Of a DNA stretch of 64,000 nucleotides, positions 48,201 through 61,030 are shown in pieces. A program made the position numbers and the translations under genes. Within the stretch, counting starts at the first letter, position 1; every line of letters begins with the position of its first letter. Source of the DNA: Octopus bimaculoides. Lineage: Eukaryota. The stretch lies in the NCBI RefSeq assembly GCF_001194135.2, contig NC_068982.1, forward strand, positions 74,115,230 to 74,179,229. Direction: 5' to 3'. Under the pieces are notes generated by a model that worked only from the letters and a program-made list of their open reading frames with translations, made no database searches and was not told the DNA's origin.

Positions 48201-51174
48201 CAACGTTATCATCATTATAATTATTGAGAGAGAGAGTAGCGCATGCCATCAAAGTGACACTGGGGTACAAATATACGAAGCCCAATACCCATCATGACTA
48301 CCCGTCTGATAAGGGTACACCAGGCACATGCATCACAACCATATGTGTGCGACATGGTGATCTCATATCCAGATAAACAGCGCATGACCGTGCAGGTGGG
48401 GTCCACTTAGAATTTTCTTCAAGTTGAGGAGCTCAAAAGGTCCCTGCATAAGATTTGTTTAAGAATGATGAACAAAACACCCATGTTTCCAAAGGTGAAT
48501 TGTTTAAACCCCAAATAATTCCTCTCAGTACATGGCTATGATGCTCCCCCACTACTTCTGTTCGTGATCAGAGATGTACATACCGTCAGCCTTTGAGACA
48601 TGCTCAACTGGTTATGGTAAAACAACTGACAAGCAAATCTGTGGTATTGAGCAGAATATTTGCTGTAGCCCATCTTTTATACCTAGACAAAACAATGTAC
48701 ATGATAATACTTCCAACCAGTTTAGATCAAAAGCTATGAGAGCCAGTGCCTGGTACAACATCATGGCATATTATTATTATTAATATTATTATTATTATTA
48801 GTGTTGTTGTTGTTATTGGCACGTCGGACAAAATGTTTAGCGGCATTTCGTCTGTCTTTACGTTCTGAGTTCAAATTCAGCCGTTCAACTTTGCCTTTCA
48901 TTCTTTCGGAGCCGATGAAATAAGTACCAGCTGAGCGCTAGAGACGATGTGACAAATCCTCCCACAAAGTTTCAGTACTTATGCCTATAGTAGAAATGAT
49001 TGTTGTTGTTGTTAAATTACGTTATCGAAGCTGCAGATTTGCCCACTCGGTAGCATTGGATAAAGTGGACGAACCAGTGGTTTGCCATGAGTGGGTTGAA
49101 CGCTGGGACTAAAATAACCACGATTATTTTAATTAACATAATTGTTGGAGCAATTGGACGTGTTAAGTGACAGCCTGAAAAAGCTCGGATTCTCAGGCAA
49201 AAAACAAAACAAAACAAAAAACAAAACAAAAAAACATAGTAAAACAAAACAAGACACACACAAAAAAAAACGGTGTGTTCACGTGAATTTTACAAATAGA
49301 GTCTGTAAGATGAACACTAAAATTGTGAAAGATTTTTATGAAGTTTAACATATAATAATTATCGCTGTTGTTCTAGCAGGCGGTTGGCAGTAAATACATG
49401 CTACTGACAAAACCCAACGAAGCAGAAATGGCCCAGTGGTTAGGGCAGCGGACTCGCGGTTTCGATTCCCAGACCGGGCGTTGTGAGTGTTTATTGAGCG
49501 AAAATACCTAAAGCTTCACGAGGCTCCGGCAGGGGATGGTGGTGAACCCTGCTGTACTCTTTCACCACAACGTTATCTCACTCTTACTTCCTGTTTCTGC
49601 TGTACCTGTATATCAAAGGGCTAGCCTTGTCACACTCTGTGTCACGCTGAATATCCCCGAGAACTACGTTAAGGGTACACGTGTCTGTGGAATGCTCAGC
49701 CACTTGCACGTTAATTTTACGAGCAGGCTGTTCCGTTGATCGGATCAACTGGAACCCTCGACGGAGTGCCAACAACAAACATCCCACTTCCAGCGATGAT
49801 GCTTTGATCCATCAGTGATGGTCCTTCATTGTAATAAGAATTCTAATAATTGAGAAAAGAAAAAAAGAAAAAGAAAAAGATACTGAATATGTGTTTGTTC
49901 AACGCACATCCATACATACGCACATATATGCATACATACATTCTTACATTCGCACACGTACACACACGCAGACATATATAACTATATACGTACATACATT
50001 CACTGCCTCCCAACCATATGGTTCCAGGTTCAGTCCCTCTGTGCGGCACCATGGGCAAGTGTCTTTTACTATAGCTTCGGGCCGACTAAAGCCTTGTGAG
50101 TGATTGATTTGGTAGACTGGAACTGAAAGAAGCCCGTCGTATACATGTGTATATAGTCTTCAGTCAAATCGTCCAACCCATGGAAAGCGGACGTTAAACG
50201 ATGATGATGATGATGATGATATACATATATACATACATACATATGTGTGTGTGTGTGTGTGTGTGTATCTTTGTGTGTATGTGTTTGTTCTCTGCATCAC
50301 CACTTGATAACCGGTGTTGGTGTGTTTACGACCTAATTCTTCAAGGTGGTGCCCCAGCATGGTCGCAGTATGATGACTGAAACAAGTAAAAAATATAAAA
50401 AAAGATATATAGGTGCAGGCGTGACTGCGTGGTAAGAAGTTAACTTCTTAACCTCATGATCCAGGGTTCAGTCCCACTGTGCGACACCTTGGGCAAGTGT
50501 CTTCTACAATAGCCTTGGGCCAACCAAGGCTTTTGTGAGTGGACTTGGTAGATGGAAACTAAAAGAAGCTCGTCGTATATATACATATATATGTGTTTGT
50601 GTGTGTGTGTGTGTGTGTGTTTGTATTTGTCCTCCATCGCTGCTCAACAATCGGTGTTGGTGTATTTATGTCTCCCGTAACTTAGCGGTTTAGCAAAAGA
50701 GGCCGGTAGAATAAGTACTAGGCTTTAGAAAAAAAAAGAGCCTTGTAATTACGGTGACTTCAAAGCACCGACGAAACGTAGATTTAGTCAAAAATGACTG
50801 AAACAACTAAAAGATATATATATATATATATATATATGTCTGGTCTTCGAAACGTCTAGATAGAATAGAGACAGCTGATGAAGGGATATTCCAAGGGGCT
50901 TTCCGTTTTCCTATGTGTTCGTTGCGTTGTCTGTAGTTTATTGTTCTAACGTCCTGTACCCTGATATGCATGTATATACACATGTAGATGTAAGTATGTA
51001 CATATATGTGTGTATACATGTATATATATTCTTTGTATTATATATATATATANNNNNNNNNNNNNNNNNNNNNNNNNNNNNNNNNNNNNNNNNNNNNNNN
51101 NNNNNNNNNNNNNNNNNNNNNNNNNNNNNNNNNNNNNNNNNNNNNNNNNNNNNNNNNNNNNNNNNNTATATATA

Positions 51175-52975
51175 CAGTGATATCTCACAGTACGAGTTTA
51201 ATTCGTCCCATGACCTAGCGCGTTTTCGATTTACTCGTTTTACAAATCAATTTTACCAATTGAAGTTAATTAAAATATAATTAGTCCTTTCCAAACTCAC
51301 TCAAAATTCATTTCTTATGGGTTTTAAAACAGAAAAGGTGCAGTTATAAGGAAAATGACAATTATAAAAACACAATAAAAGTGAATGCAAAAGAAATACG
51401 TAAATTGGTTTTATTAATTTAATTACCTCAAAGATGGGACGATTTGTGCGCGAGGAGGAATATGGAGCGAGATGGAGGGGAATCATTGTTTGGAAGGAGA
51501 ATTTCCTTCCATTAAGACTTCAAGAAGAACAATTCCAAGCGTTTTCTCTCTCATTTCGCTTAATTTAGGCTTTTTGGATACACTTTCTTCATTTTTCACA
51601 CGCGTAGGTCGTTTCCTTAGAAACATATCAAGAGAAGTCTTTCAAAATGTTACGAAAATGCGCCAGAGCAGTGTCATTAAATAAAACAGCTGTACGACCT
51701 GTAGCTACTTTTTCCAGATGATATTTTTCTACAAATTCAGAAATATACTACCACTTTGCCAACACTGCCTTTATGTCACTCGTGGAGATAGTCTTCTCCG
51801 TTTTGTTGTCCTCTTCTGGGGTGCCAACCTCGTCCACCGCATCCAAATGCTGCTGCTCCTGATACTGCAGAAGTTCATCTGTCGTAAGCTCTTTTGAGTG
51901 TTACTCGACGAGTTCGTTAATGTCTTCTACGTCAACCTCGAGGCCCATGGACTTGCCAAGAGACACTATCCCCTCGACTACAATTGTTTCAGACTCAAAC
52001 TGTTCGAAGTCTCTTTCGGATACATAGTCAGACCACAGCTTCCAATATGCAGAATTGAGCGTTCTCCTCGTTACATCCTGCCGAAGGGTTAGACTTGTAA
52101 TCACGGTTACTTCAAAGCACCGACGAAACATAGTTTTTGGTATAGAATTTCTTAAAGTTAGAAATCAACTGTTGGTCCATAGACTGCAAGATAGGGGTGG
52201 TGTTGCGTGAAAGGTACAGACTTTTTGTAAATTCAAATTTCTCCAGAATATCATTTTCGAGGGTAGGAAGGTAAGCAGGAGCATTATCGAGGACGAGGAG
52301 GGCTTTGAGAGGAAGATCGTTCTCCAGAAGGTACTTCTTCACTGCTGGTCCGAAGACACGGTTGACCCTCTCGATGAACAATATCCCAGTTTCATCACAG
52401 TTTAATATCTGTTGTGCGATGTACCACTCAGCTGCGATGAGCTGACGGAATTCACGTACGAAATCCTCAGGTGCCTTCGTGCCTGAACTCGCTGCTTCTC
52501 TATACCTGACGACTCCATGAACACCAGTCCTCTTCTTGAAATTATCGAACCAGCCGCAACTGGCCTTAAATGCGTCTGCTTATGTCTCCTCCATCGATGT
52601 TCCAGGGTTCTATTTCAGGAGATTCCCATACAACACACGTGCTTTCTCGCACATGATGGTATCTGTAACCGAATCACTTGCTTCTCTATGCTCCACAGGA
52701 GAAGCAATTTTTCCATCTCTGCGTGGACAGGTGTGCATTGCTTGGAGAGCCTTGAGACACCCTTTGCTGTTGTAACGGCCTTGATCTCATCTTTTTTCTT
52801 CAGGATGGTACAGATCGTCGACGTGCTTCGGTCGTATTGACGTGCTATGTCCACTACACGCACTCCTTTCTCATTTTTATCAATCATTTCCATCATCAAT
52901 TCTATCGCAATCAGCTTTTTCTTCTCAGCACTGTCCTTTGCATTAACCTTCTTAAGACCCATGGCTAATACAACT
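51175..52975 (-). mobile_element. Tigger/pogo-type DNA transposon fossil (TIGD1-like transposase)
   Basis: ORF pieces: N-terminal HTH (52615-52962), NCDETG, LLVLDNAPA...MDQQLISNFKK, EDINELVE. TA+CAGTGATATCTC TIR-like end at 51175. NCDETG is joined directly to FIERVNRVFGP, indicating an internal deletion. The other TIR was not found. Confidence 0.88.
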
Positions 52976-52989
52976 AATTATTATAAGAT

Positions 52990-53040
<51 letters not shown>

Positions 53041-53594
53041 TGTATGTATGTATGTATGTATGTATGTATGTATGTATGTATGTATATATGTATGTATGTA
53101 TGTGTGTGTATGTATATATGCATGTATGTATACATATATACATTACATACATATTTACATACACACACACAAATCGTATACTCACATATAATATGGCTCC
53201 ATCTCTTGATTATTCAAGTCTGGTTAAATACATGACGGGCTAAATAGCTTTAATCTTTTTTCTATTATGTGTTTCGAACATTCTAACGTCTCACTAGATC
53301 AGAGAGGAAGACGTGTTGATGTCTCTAAACTATAAAGGCCAAATGGCTTGCATCTTCGGCATATTTCCGTAGCTATCTTTAGAGACAGACAACATTCATT
53401 ATGTGTTCTAGAATAGTCGTAGGCGTATAGGCGTAGGAGTGGCTGTGTGTTAAGTAGCTTGCTTACGAACCACATGGTTCTGGGCTCAGTCCCACTGCGT
53501 GGCAGCTTGGGCAAGTGTTTTCTACTATAGCCTCGGGCCGACCAAAGTCTTGTGAGTGGATTTGGTAGACGGAAACTGAAAGAAGTCCGTCGTA

Positions 53595-53631
<37 letters not shown>

Positions 53632-54092
53632 NNNNNNNNNNNNNNNNNNNNNNNNNNNNNNNNNNNNNNNNNNNNNNNNNNNNNNNNNNNNNNNNNNNNN
53701 NNNNNNNNNNNNNNNNNNNNNTGTGTGTGTGTGTGTGTGTGTTTATGTGTCTGTGTTTGTCACTTGACATCGCTTGACAACCGATGCTGGTGTGTTTACC
53801 TCCCCGTAACTTAGCGGTTCGGCAAAAGAGACCGATAGAAAAAGTACTAGGCTTACAAAGAATAAGTCCTGGGGTCGATTTGCTCTACTAAAGGCGGTGA
53901 TCCAGCATGGCCACAGTCAAATGACTGAAACAAGTAAAAGAGTCGTTACGAGTTAAACATGCAATGACGGAATGAAGTTTACTGTTTTGTTATAAGTGAG
54001 AACTCTGTGCACTTTAAAAGTGAAATTGTGATGAAATATCTATCTATCTGTCTGCCTGTCAGCCTATCTACCTGTCTGCCCGCCTGCCTGTG

Positions 54093-54127
<35 letters not shown>

Positions 54128-55889
54128 GTACATGAACCTGCTGCATGAGAGCAGATACTTTTAAGTAACATACACTGCGTCCAAATTCTTTCAATCCATA
54201 ATGATTTACTTACAAACCTGCGCACTAGTCATCCAGTGCCTCTTATCGCAACGTTCAGTCAAATTATTTATCGCTCCTGCAACCACCCACGAAGAAAATT
54301 ACATAAAGGAACACACTACATATCTATATATAAGCACATACATACATACATACATATATACGTGAATATGTATATATATGTGTATATATGTATGATTTTC
54401 AGGCAGTTAACTATGTATGTATATATGTATGTATGTATATATATAATATACATATATATATATGTGTATATACATGTATATATATATAAATATACATATA
54501 TAAATATATATATATATATGTAAATATATATATATGTAAATATATATATATATGTAAATATATATATATATATGTAAATATATATATATATATGTAAATA
54601 TATATATATATATGTAAATATATATATATATATGTAAATATATANNNNNNNNNNNNNNNNNNNNNNNNNNNNNNNNNNNNNNNNNNNNNNNNNNNNNNNN
54701 NNNNNNNNNNNNNNNNNNNNNNNNNNNNNNNNNNNNNNNNNNNNNNNNNNNNNNNNNNNNNNNNNNNNNNNNNNNNNNNNNNNNNNNNNNNNNNNNNNNN
54801 NNNNNNNNNNNNNNNNNNNNNNNNNNNNNNNNNNNNNNNNNNNNNNNNNNNNNNNNNNNNNNNNNNNNNNNNNNNNNNNNNNNNNNNNNNNNNNNNNNNN
54901 NNNNNNNNNNNNNNNNNNNNNNNNNNNNNNNNNNNNNNNNNNNNNNNNNNNNNNNNNNNNNNNNNNNNNNNNNNNNNNNNNNNNNNNNNNNNNNNNNNNN
55001 NNNNNNNNNNNNNNNNNNNNNNNNNNNNNNNNNNNNNNNNNNNNNNNNNNNNNNNNNNNNNNNNNNNNNNNNNNNNNNNNNNNNNNNNNNNNNNNNNNNN
55101 NNNNNNNNNNNNNNNNNNNNNNNNNNNNNNNNNNNNNNNNNNNNNNNNNNNNNNNNNNNNNNNNNNNNNNNNNNNNNNNNNNNNNNNNNNNNNNNNNNNN
55201 NNNNNNNNNNNNNNNNNNNNNNNNNNNNNNNNNNNNNNNNNNNNNNNNNNNNNNNNNNNNNNNNNNNNNNNNNNNNNNNNNNNNNNNNNNNNNNNNNNNN
55301 NNNNNNNNNNNNNNNNNNNNNNNNNNNNNNNNNNNNNNNNNNNNNNNNNNNNNNNNNNNNNNNNNNNNNNNNNNNNNNNNNNNNNNNNNNNNNNNNNNNN
55401 NNNNNNNNNNNNNNNNNNNNNNNNNNNNNNNNNNNNNNNNNNNNNNNNNNNNNNNNNNNNNNNNNNNNNNNNNNNNNNNNNNNNNNNNNNNNNNNNNNNN
55501 NNNNNNNNNNNNNNNNNNNNNNNNNNNNNNNNNNNNNNNNNNNNNNCGTAGTTCTCGGGGATATTCAGCGTGATACAGTGTGACAAAGCTGACCCTTTGA
55601 ATTACAGGCACAACAGAAACAGGAAGTAAGAGTGAGAGAAAGTTGTGGTGATAGAGTACAGCAGGGTTCGCCACCATCCCCTGCTGGAGCCTCGTGGAGC
55701 TTTAAGTGTTTTCGCTCAATAAACACTCACAACGCCCGGTCTGGAAATCGAAACCGCGATCCTATGACCGCGAGTCCGCTGCCCTAACCACTGGGCCATT
55801 GCGCCTCCACTATATATTAGTAAACAGACGCATGAACCAGAAACTGCTCAATAATTGTTATAGTTAGAAATTGCGGGTATTGAATTTGT

Positions 55890-57045
55890 ATATTACAGTG
55901 GGATACAACTTGGTTCATCGGAATGGGATCTTCGGCATGCACTGAAAGAGTTCGCTGCCGAGTGCTGCAAAGCAGGGATGAGAATTAGTGCTGCGAAAAC
56001 TGAGACATTTCTAGCACTCCGTCGGTTAGGACGACGAGGGTTCCAGTTGATCCGACCAACGGAACAGCCTGCTCGTGAAATTAACATGCAAGTGGTTGAG
56101 CACTCCACAGACACGTGTACCCTTAACGTAGTTCCCAGGGAAATTCAGCGTGACACAGAGTGTGACAAGGCTAGCCCTTTGAAATAAAAGTACTACACAT
56201 TTTTACCAGCTGAGTGGACTGGAGTAACGTAAAATAAAGTGCTTTCCTCAAGGATACAACGCGTCACCAGGAATTGAACCCACGACTTTATGATCGTGAG
56301 CCGAATACTCTAACCACTAAGCCACGCGCCTTCACACTGAGACATTACACCTCTGAAAAAAGTCTTCGCAGTGCACTCTGCATGTTCACAGCGAAAGAGA
56401 GAAGATTAAGTATCTCAGGATCGTAGTCACGAGTGATGGGAAACAAAGGTTGAATTGGATGCTAGAATTGCAGGTGCTGGCACAGTTATGCGCAAGCCCC
56501 AGCATTCGATCCTCAGAAGAGGAGAGGTTGGTAAAAAAAACAAAAAAAAAACGACGAACTCGCTATCTTGAAGTCGGTTTTGGTGTCTATCTTCACCTGA
56601 GGTCATGAGTGTTGAATACTGACTGGAAAGAGTGCCACCAAAATGGAGTTCTTCCGAAGCAACCAAAATGGTGTTCCTCCGAAGCGATCAAAATGAGGGT
56701 CCGCTGAAGACTCCCAGGACTAATGTTACTCGACAGGGTGCATAGCTCGAAGACCAGGGTGTCTCTCCAGCTATAGCAGCTACTTTTCTGCATTGAGATG
56801 ACACAGCTCCGGTATGATGGATATGTAATAAGAATGTCGAAGGCAAGAATCGCAGAACAGATTCTTCAAACCGAGTCAACTGGCAGGAGACCTAGAAGTA
56901 GGCCAAAAACGAGATGGTTAGATAATATCCATAGTCTCAGTTGGTCACGCTTGGGAATCCTGCCGGAAATTACAATAACGGTTGCTTCTGTTAGGCTCCT
57001 ATGGAAGAAATGCCTGAGGACTCTACACCTTCAACCCTCTTAGAA
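55890..57045 (+). mobile_element. RTE LINE reverse-transcriptase fossil interrupted by a SINE
   Basis: DLRHALKEFAAECCKAGMRISAAKTE; KYLRIVVTSDG; ELDARIAGAGTVMR; QLRYDGYVIRM...GRRPRSRPKTRWLD. Confidence 0.82.
56010..56335 (-). mobile_element. tRNA-derived SINE, head B + tail X; related copy ~12760-12985 (-)
   Basis: Head ggcgcgtggcttagtggttaga...ggttcaattcc; tail matches the 47787 family; 11-bp TSD ACTGAGACATT (55999/56336). Confidence 0.85.
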
Positions 57046-57299
57046 ATAGTAGACGGAATGAATGATTGGCTGGCTGGCTTGCTGGCTGGCTGGCTGGCTG
57101 GCTGGCTGGTTGGAAAGGTTCTCTTGAGACTGTATGTGGTGTTTGGACGGTATCTTATTAAAGTTCCGTACCTCATTAGAAAGGAAAAAAAATGTAGTTT
57201 TCATTCATTAAATAAAAAAGCGCCACATTTTCATACAACGGTAATTACGATGTATGTCAAATGACTGAAACAAGTAAAAGAATAAAAGGATAAAAGGCA

Positions 57300-57507
57300 C
57301 ATACATACTCACACACACGCGCATGCATACAGCTCACGAACACACACACAGCCACGCGCATGCACGCACGCACGCGCACACATACATAGGCGCGCGCGCG
57401 CATGAACACGTACGCACACACACACGCACACGCACACGCACACACACATACGCGCGCGCGCGCACATACACACACACACACACTCCCTCTGTCTCTCTCT
57501 CTGTCTC

Positions 57508-57540
<33 letters not shown>

Positions 57541-57617
57541 GTGTCTGTCTCTCTCTCTCTGTGTGTCTCTCTCTCTGTCTCTCTCTCTATGTCTCTCTCT
57601 GTCTGTCTCTCTCTCAA
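57300..57617. repeat. compound (CA/CG/CGCA)n + (CT)n microsatellite
   Basis: Read directly from the sequence. Confidence 0.9.
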
Positions 57618-58324
57618 CCATTTGGTAACGTCTAATTAGAACGTTCAAAATAGCTTTAAGTCTCTTTCATATCGAATGAAGTACAATTTGTCCTAAAACT
57701 CAAGATATTTCATTGGTAATCACTTCCATGCCCAGATATTTGATACGTCAACCGAATGCACATAGCAGCCCACAAGGGTTTCCTTATCTATACGTTTATT
57801 AAACGAAATATCTGTGACCCCCACAAAATGTGAAATCCAATGCTAATGGCATTAAGTGGAACACTAACGTCCACATTTGAACTCTTACATATAAATAAAC
57901 ACGTATTCATATCGCGTTTATTTACTCGAAATTTTAGCTTTCTTTGTTTTCACTATATATATGTATTTTCCTTTAGAGTGTGTTTTTTTTCAAAAAATTT
58001 ATTTTGGTGGTCCTCAGTTTCTGTGAGATATAAGGCAATATTTAGGACGACACTATAAACAGTAATCCCCTGTTTGTTGTTACTAGGTGGGTGGTGTTGA
58101 GTTGTCATGTCGTGGCTGCCAACGATGCTTTAAATTCTGGTATCGTATAGTATTCAGTGTGTGTGTGTGTGTGTGAGCATGTATGTGCATATGTGTCTTT
58201 TATTCTTTCACTTGTTTCCGTTATTCGGCTGCGACGTGCTGGGACACCGCCTTGAAGGGTTTCTCTACTCGAACAAATCGACCCCAAGACTCTTTTAAAG
58301 CATGACAAGTGTGTGTGTAAAGCA

Positions 58325-58345
58325 TAACCCTAACCCTAACCCTAA
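58325..58345 (+). repeat. interstitial telomeric repeat (TAACCC)3TAA
   Basis: Perfect repeats abutting the PLE fragment. Confidence 0.8.
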
Positions 58346-58720
58346 TATGAAGAACATTATCGCTCGTAAACATCACCAAAGACCCACTCTCAATTGTAAT
58401 TATCGAAGCCCTGACGCTTGCCCACTCGACTAGGCCTGTATGATAAACTCCGTCGTCTTTGAGGCACATCGACAAAAGTAAAGCCACTAAGTTGGCTAAC
58501 CACGTATGATGTTTGAAGACCAACTGCACCTCACATACAATCAAGTGGAGAATTGTAGTGGAATCCGTGCCATACGTAAATAGTTGTAAGAAATGCAACT
58601 TATGCATAGTGAAAGATGGCGCATTCATTTTAGATCTAAAAATTCCATCGCATTACTTAATTCCAGATCCGAAATCTTTAGCAAATGTAAGTATATAGAC
58701 AAATTTCTTTGGGCGAACTG
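58344..58720 (+). mobile_element. Penelope-like element, endonuclease-region C-terminal fragment
   Basis: NMKNII...NCNYRSPDACPL...VVFEA; ATKLANHV*CLK...IKWRI...PY...CNLCI; LNSRSEIFSKCKY. The GIY-YIG core appears deleted. Confidence 0.78.
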
Positions 58721-59190
58721 GAGTGCACCACTCTCTCCGGATTGAGCAGCTGTATCGCAAAATTTGGACCCCACTCCGTCGAATTATTCTACCACAACTA
58801 GTTTAATTATGGCTTCTATGGTGAAGGATAGTAACTTTAATTTCTTTATTTTTCGTTTTTATTCACCATTCCAATTATTACAGCAACCTTCTCGTTTTAT
58901 TTTTCTCGTGATTACTCATGTACTAGCGTCCTGATTTTCAAATAAAATAAAGCATGTGCTCAGAGCCTGAGGTTTGCTTGGAGGTACAAGGGTTATTATA
59001 GAAACCTGCCTAACCACGTACCTTCACAGCAAGAAACTATTAGTAGCTCGTATCTTTATGCCGTGTACATCAGATGGTTATATATATATATATATATATA
59101 TANNNNNNNNNNNNNNNNNNNNNNNNNNNNNNNNNNNNNNNNNNNNNNNNNNNNNNNNNNNNNNNNNNNNNNNNNNNNNNNNNNNNNNNN

Positions 59191-59264
<74 letters not shown>

Positions 59265-59739
59265 GATAGATATAGATATACATACATATATGCATGCATT
59301 CATACATACACATGTATTCATGCATATACGCATGAACATAGTATGTAGTTATGTATGTACATACATAAGTATGTATGCATGTCAGTAAATGTATGTATGT
59401 CATTGTTCATGTATGTATGTATGTATGTATCTCTCTCTCTCTCTCTCTCTATCTATCTCAGTTGTAGTATAAGCTCCTGTATCAACTGCACTAATATTGA
59501 CCAATCTGCTGCCACTCATGACAGCAGTTTTGTTACATAATCAGAAATCGTTAACAGTTCCCAGAATTCCACACGATTTTAATTTCATAAATTAACATAA
59601 ATTAACATATTTGAATCGCTTTTTTCTTTTTCTAATGCGTATTTGAATTAAACTTACCCACATCATACATCATAACCTTTCACCCTTTCTTCATCTTGCA
59701 CATCTATCAATATAGAACTATCTACATATATATACCAAT

Positions 59740-60520
59740 GTCTATCTATTTAGCTGTGTATTTCTTACTCCCTCCCTCTTTCTCCTCTCTCTCTCTCTCT
59801 CTCCCTCAATTTCTCCGCCCCTTCTTTCACTCACTCTCCTCTCACTGTCTTCGCACCCTTCCAACGCTTTCCATGTCTATTTCTCCCCCTTCATTTATCT
59901 TTCTCTCCCCTCCGCTCTTTTTGTCTCCTCCCCTTTTTTCACTCAATCTCCTCTTACCTTCCTCTTACGTTCATCCTCCTAATGCTTTTCATTCCTTTCT
60001 TCCCGATCTCCCACTATCCCTCCCTCCTTTTCCTTCTCCCCCTCCTCTCTTTCATTCCGTCTCGCTCTCCACCTCCTCTCTCTCTCTCCCTCTCTCACTC
60101 ACTCCTCAGGACTACTCGATTCTGTCACTCTCTCCCCTTCCCTCTGACACTAAACCCCACTAGATTTCCTTCGTGTTTCTCCTTCCCCTTCGTGTTTTTC
60201 TCCTCCCCTTCCTCCTCCTCCTATTGTTCACCTTCTGTTTCCTCTCCTCTGTTCTCAATTTACCTACTTACTCGGTCTATATTCCCCTCCCCTTCAACCA
60301 TCTATCGATCATTCTACCCTACTTCTATTAGTCACGTAATACTCTCTCCCCACACTCTTTCTTTCCCTTTCTGTTTTTCTTTCTTTCTTCCTTTCCTTCT
60401 TTTCCTTATTTATTTTATCATTTTATTGTTTTATTTGGAATTTTCTTTCTCTTTGTTCTTCTTCTTCCTTTCTTTTCATCCCACCCTTCCTTTTCCCCTT
60501 CCTTCTTCCTCCCATTCTTC
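59740..60520. repeat. ~780-bp C/T-rich low-complexity tract
   Basis: Read directly; explains the Ser/Leu/Pro/Phe-rich spurious ORFs here. Confidence 0.9.
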
Positions 60521-60819
60521 TCTGGGCTGGTGGTTAAGGTGTTGCACTCATAATCATTAGATTGCGGTTTCGATTCCTGGAGCGGGTGGTACATTGTTTC
60601 TTGTGCAAAAACGCTTCATTTCACTTTGCTCCAGGCCACTCAGCTGTAAATAAGTTTCAACAATAGCTGGGAAGTTAACCCCACGACGAACCGGCGTCTC
60701 ATTAAGCGTGTGTATGTCCGTGGGGAGGGGTATTATAGTCCCAGTGGCTTATACGATCATGGGAGTAAGTCCTGTGGACTTTACTGTCTTCGAGTTCTGT
60801 CCTGAGACTCATAGGGCCG

Positions 60820-61030
60820 CTTACCCGGTTTCTGTGACGCATAAGTGACTGAGATCACAACATTACCCTTGAACAGGGCGCCAGTCCGTTGTAGGGTTAT
60901 TCATTTACAACTGAGTGAACTAGAGCAACATGATTTGAAGTGTTGTGCTTAAGAACATAATGCATTTCCTGGATCTGGAATTGAAACCACGATCATACGA
61001 TCCACTAGGCCGCGGGCCTTCACTGATCAC
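60820..61030 (-). mobile_element. tRNA-derived SINE, head B + tail Y; related copies ~5085-5310 (-), ~60525-60760 (+), ~62470-62690 (+)
   Basis: Head B box motifs, ctccagtccactcagctg-type core and a degenerate V-like domain. Confidence 0.65.

Noticed and set aside
50841-50890. GAAACGTC and CTGATGA hammerhead core motifs in permuted order
   Set aside because: Stems I and II do not pair convincingly; at most a PLE terminal-repeat remnant.
59696-60560. 155-aa and 192-aa ORFs
   Set aside because: Produced by the stop-poor C/T tract; no protein-like signal.
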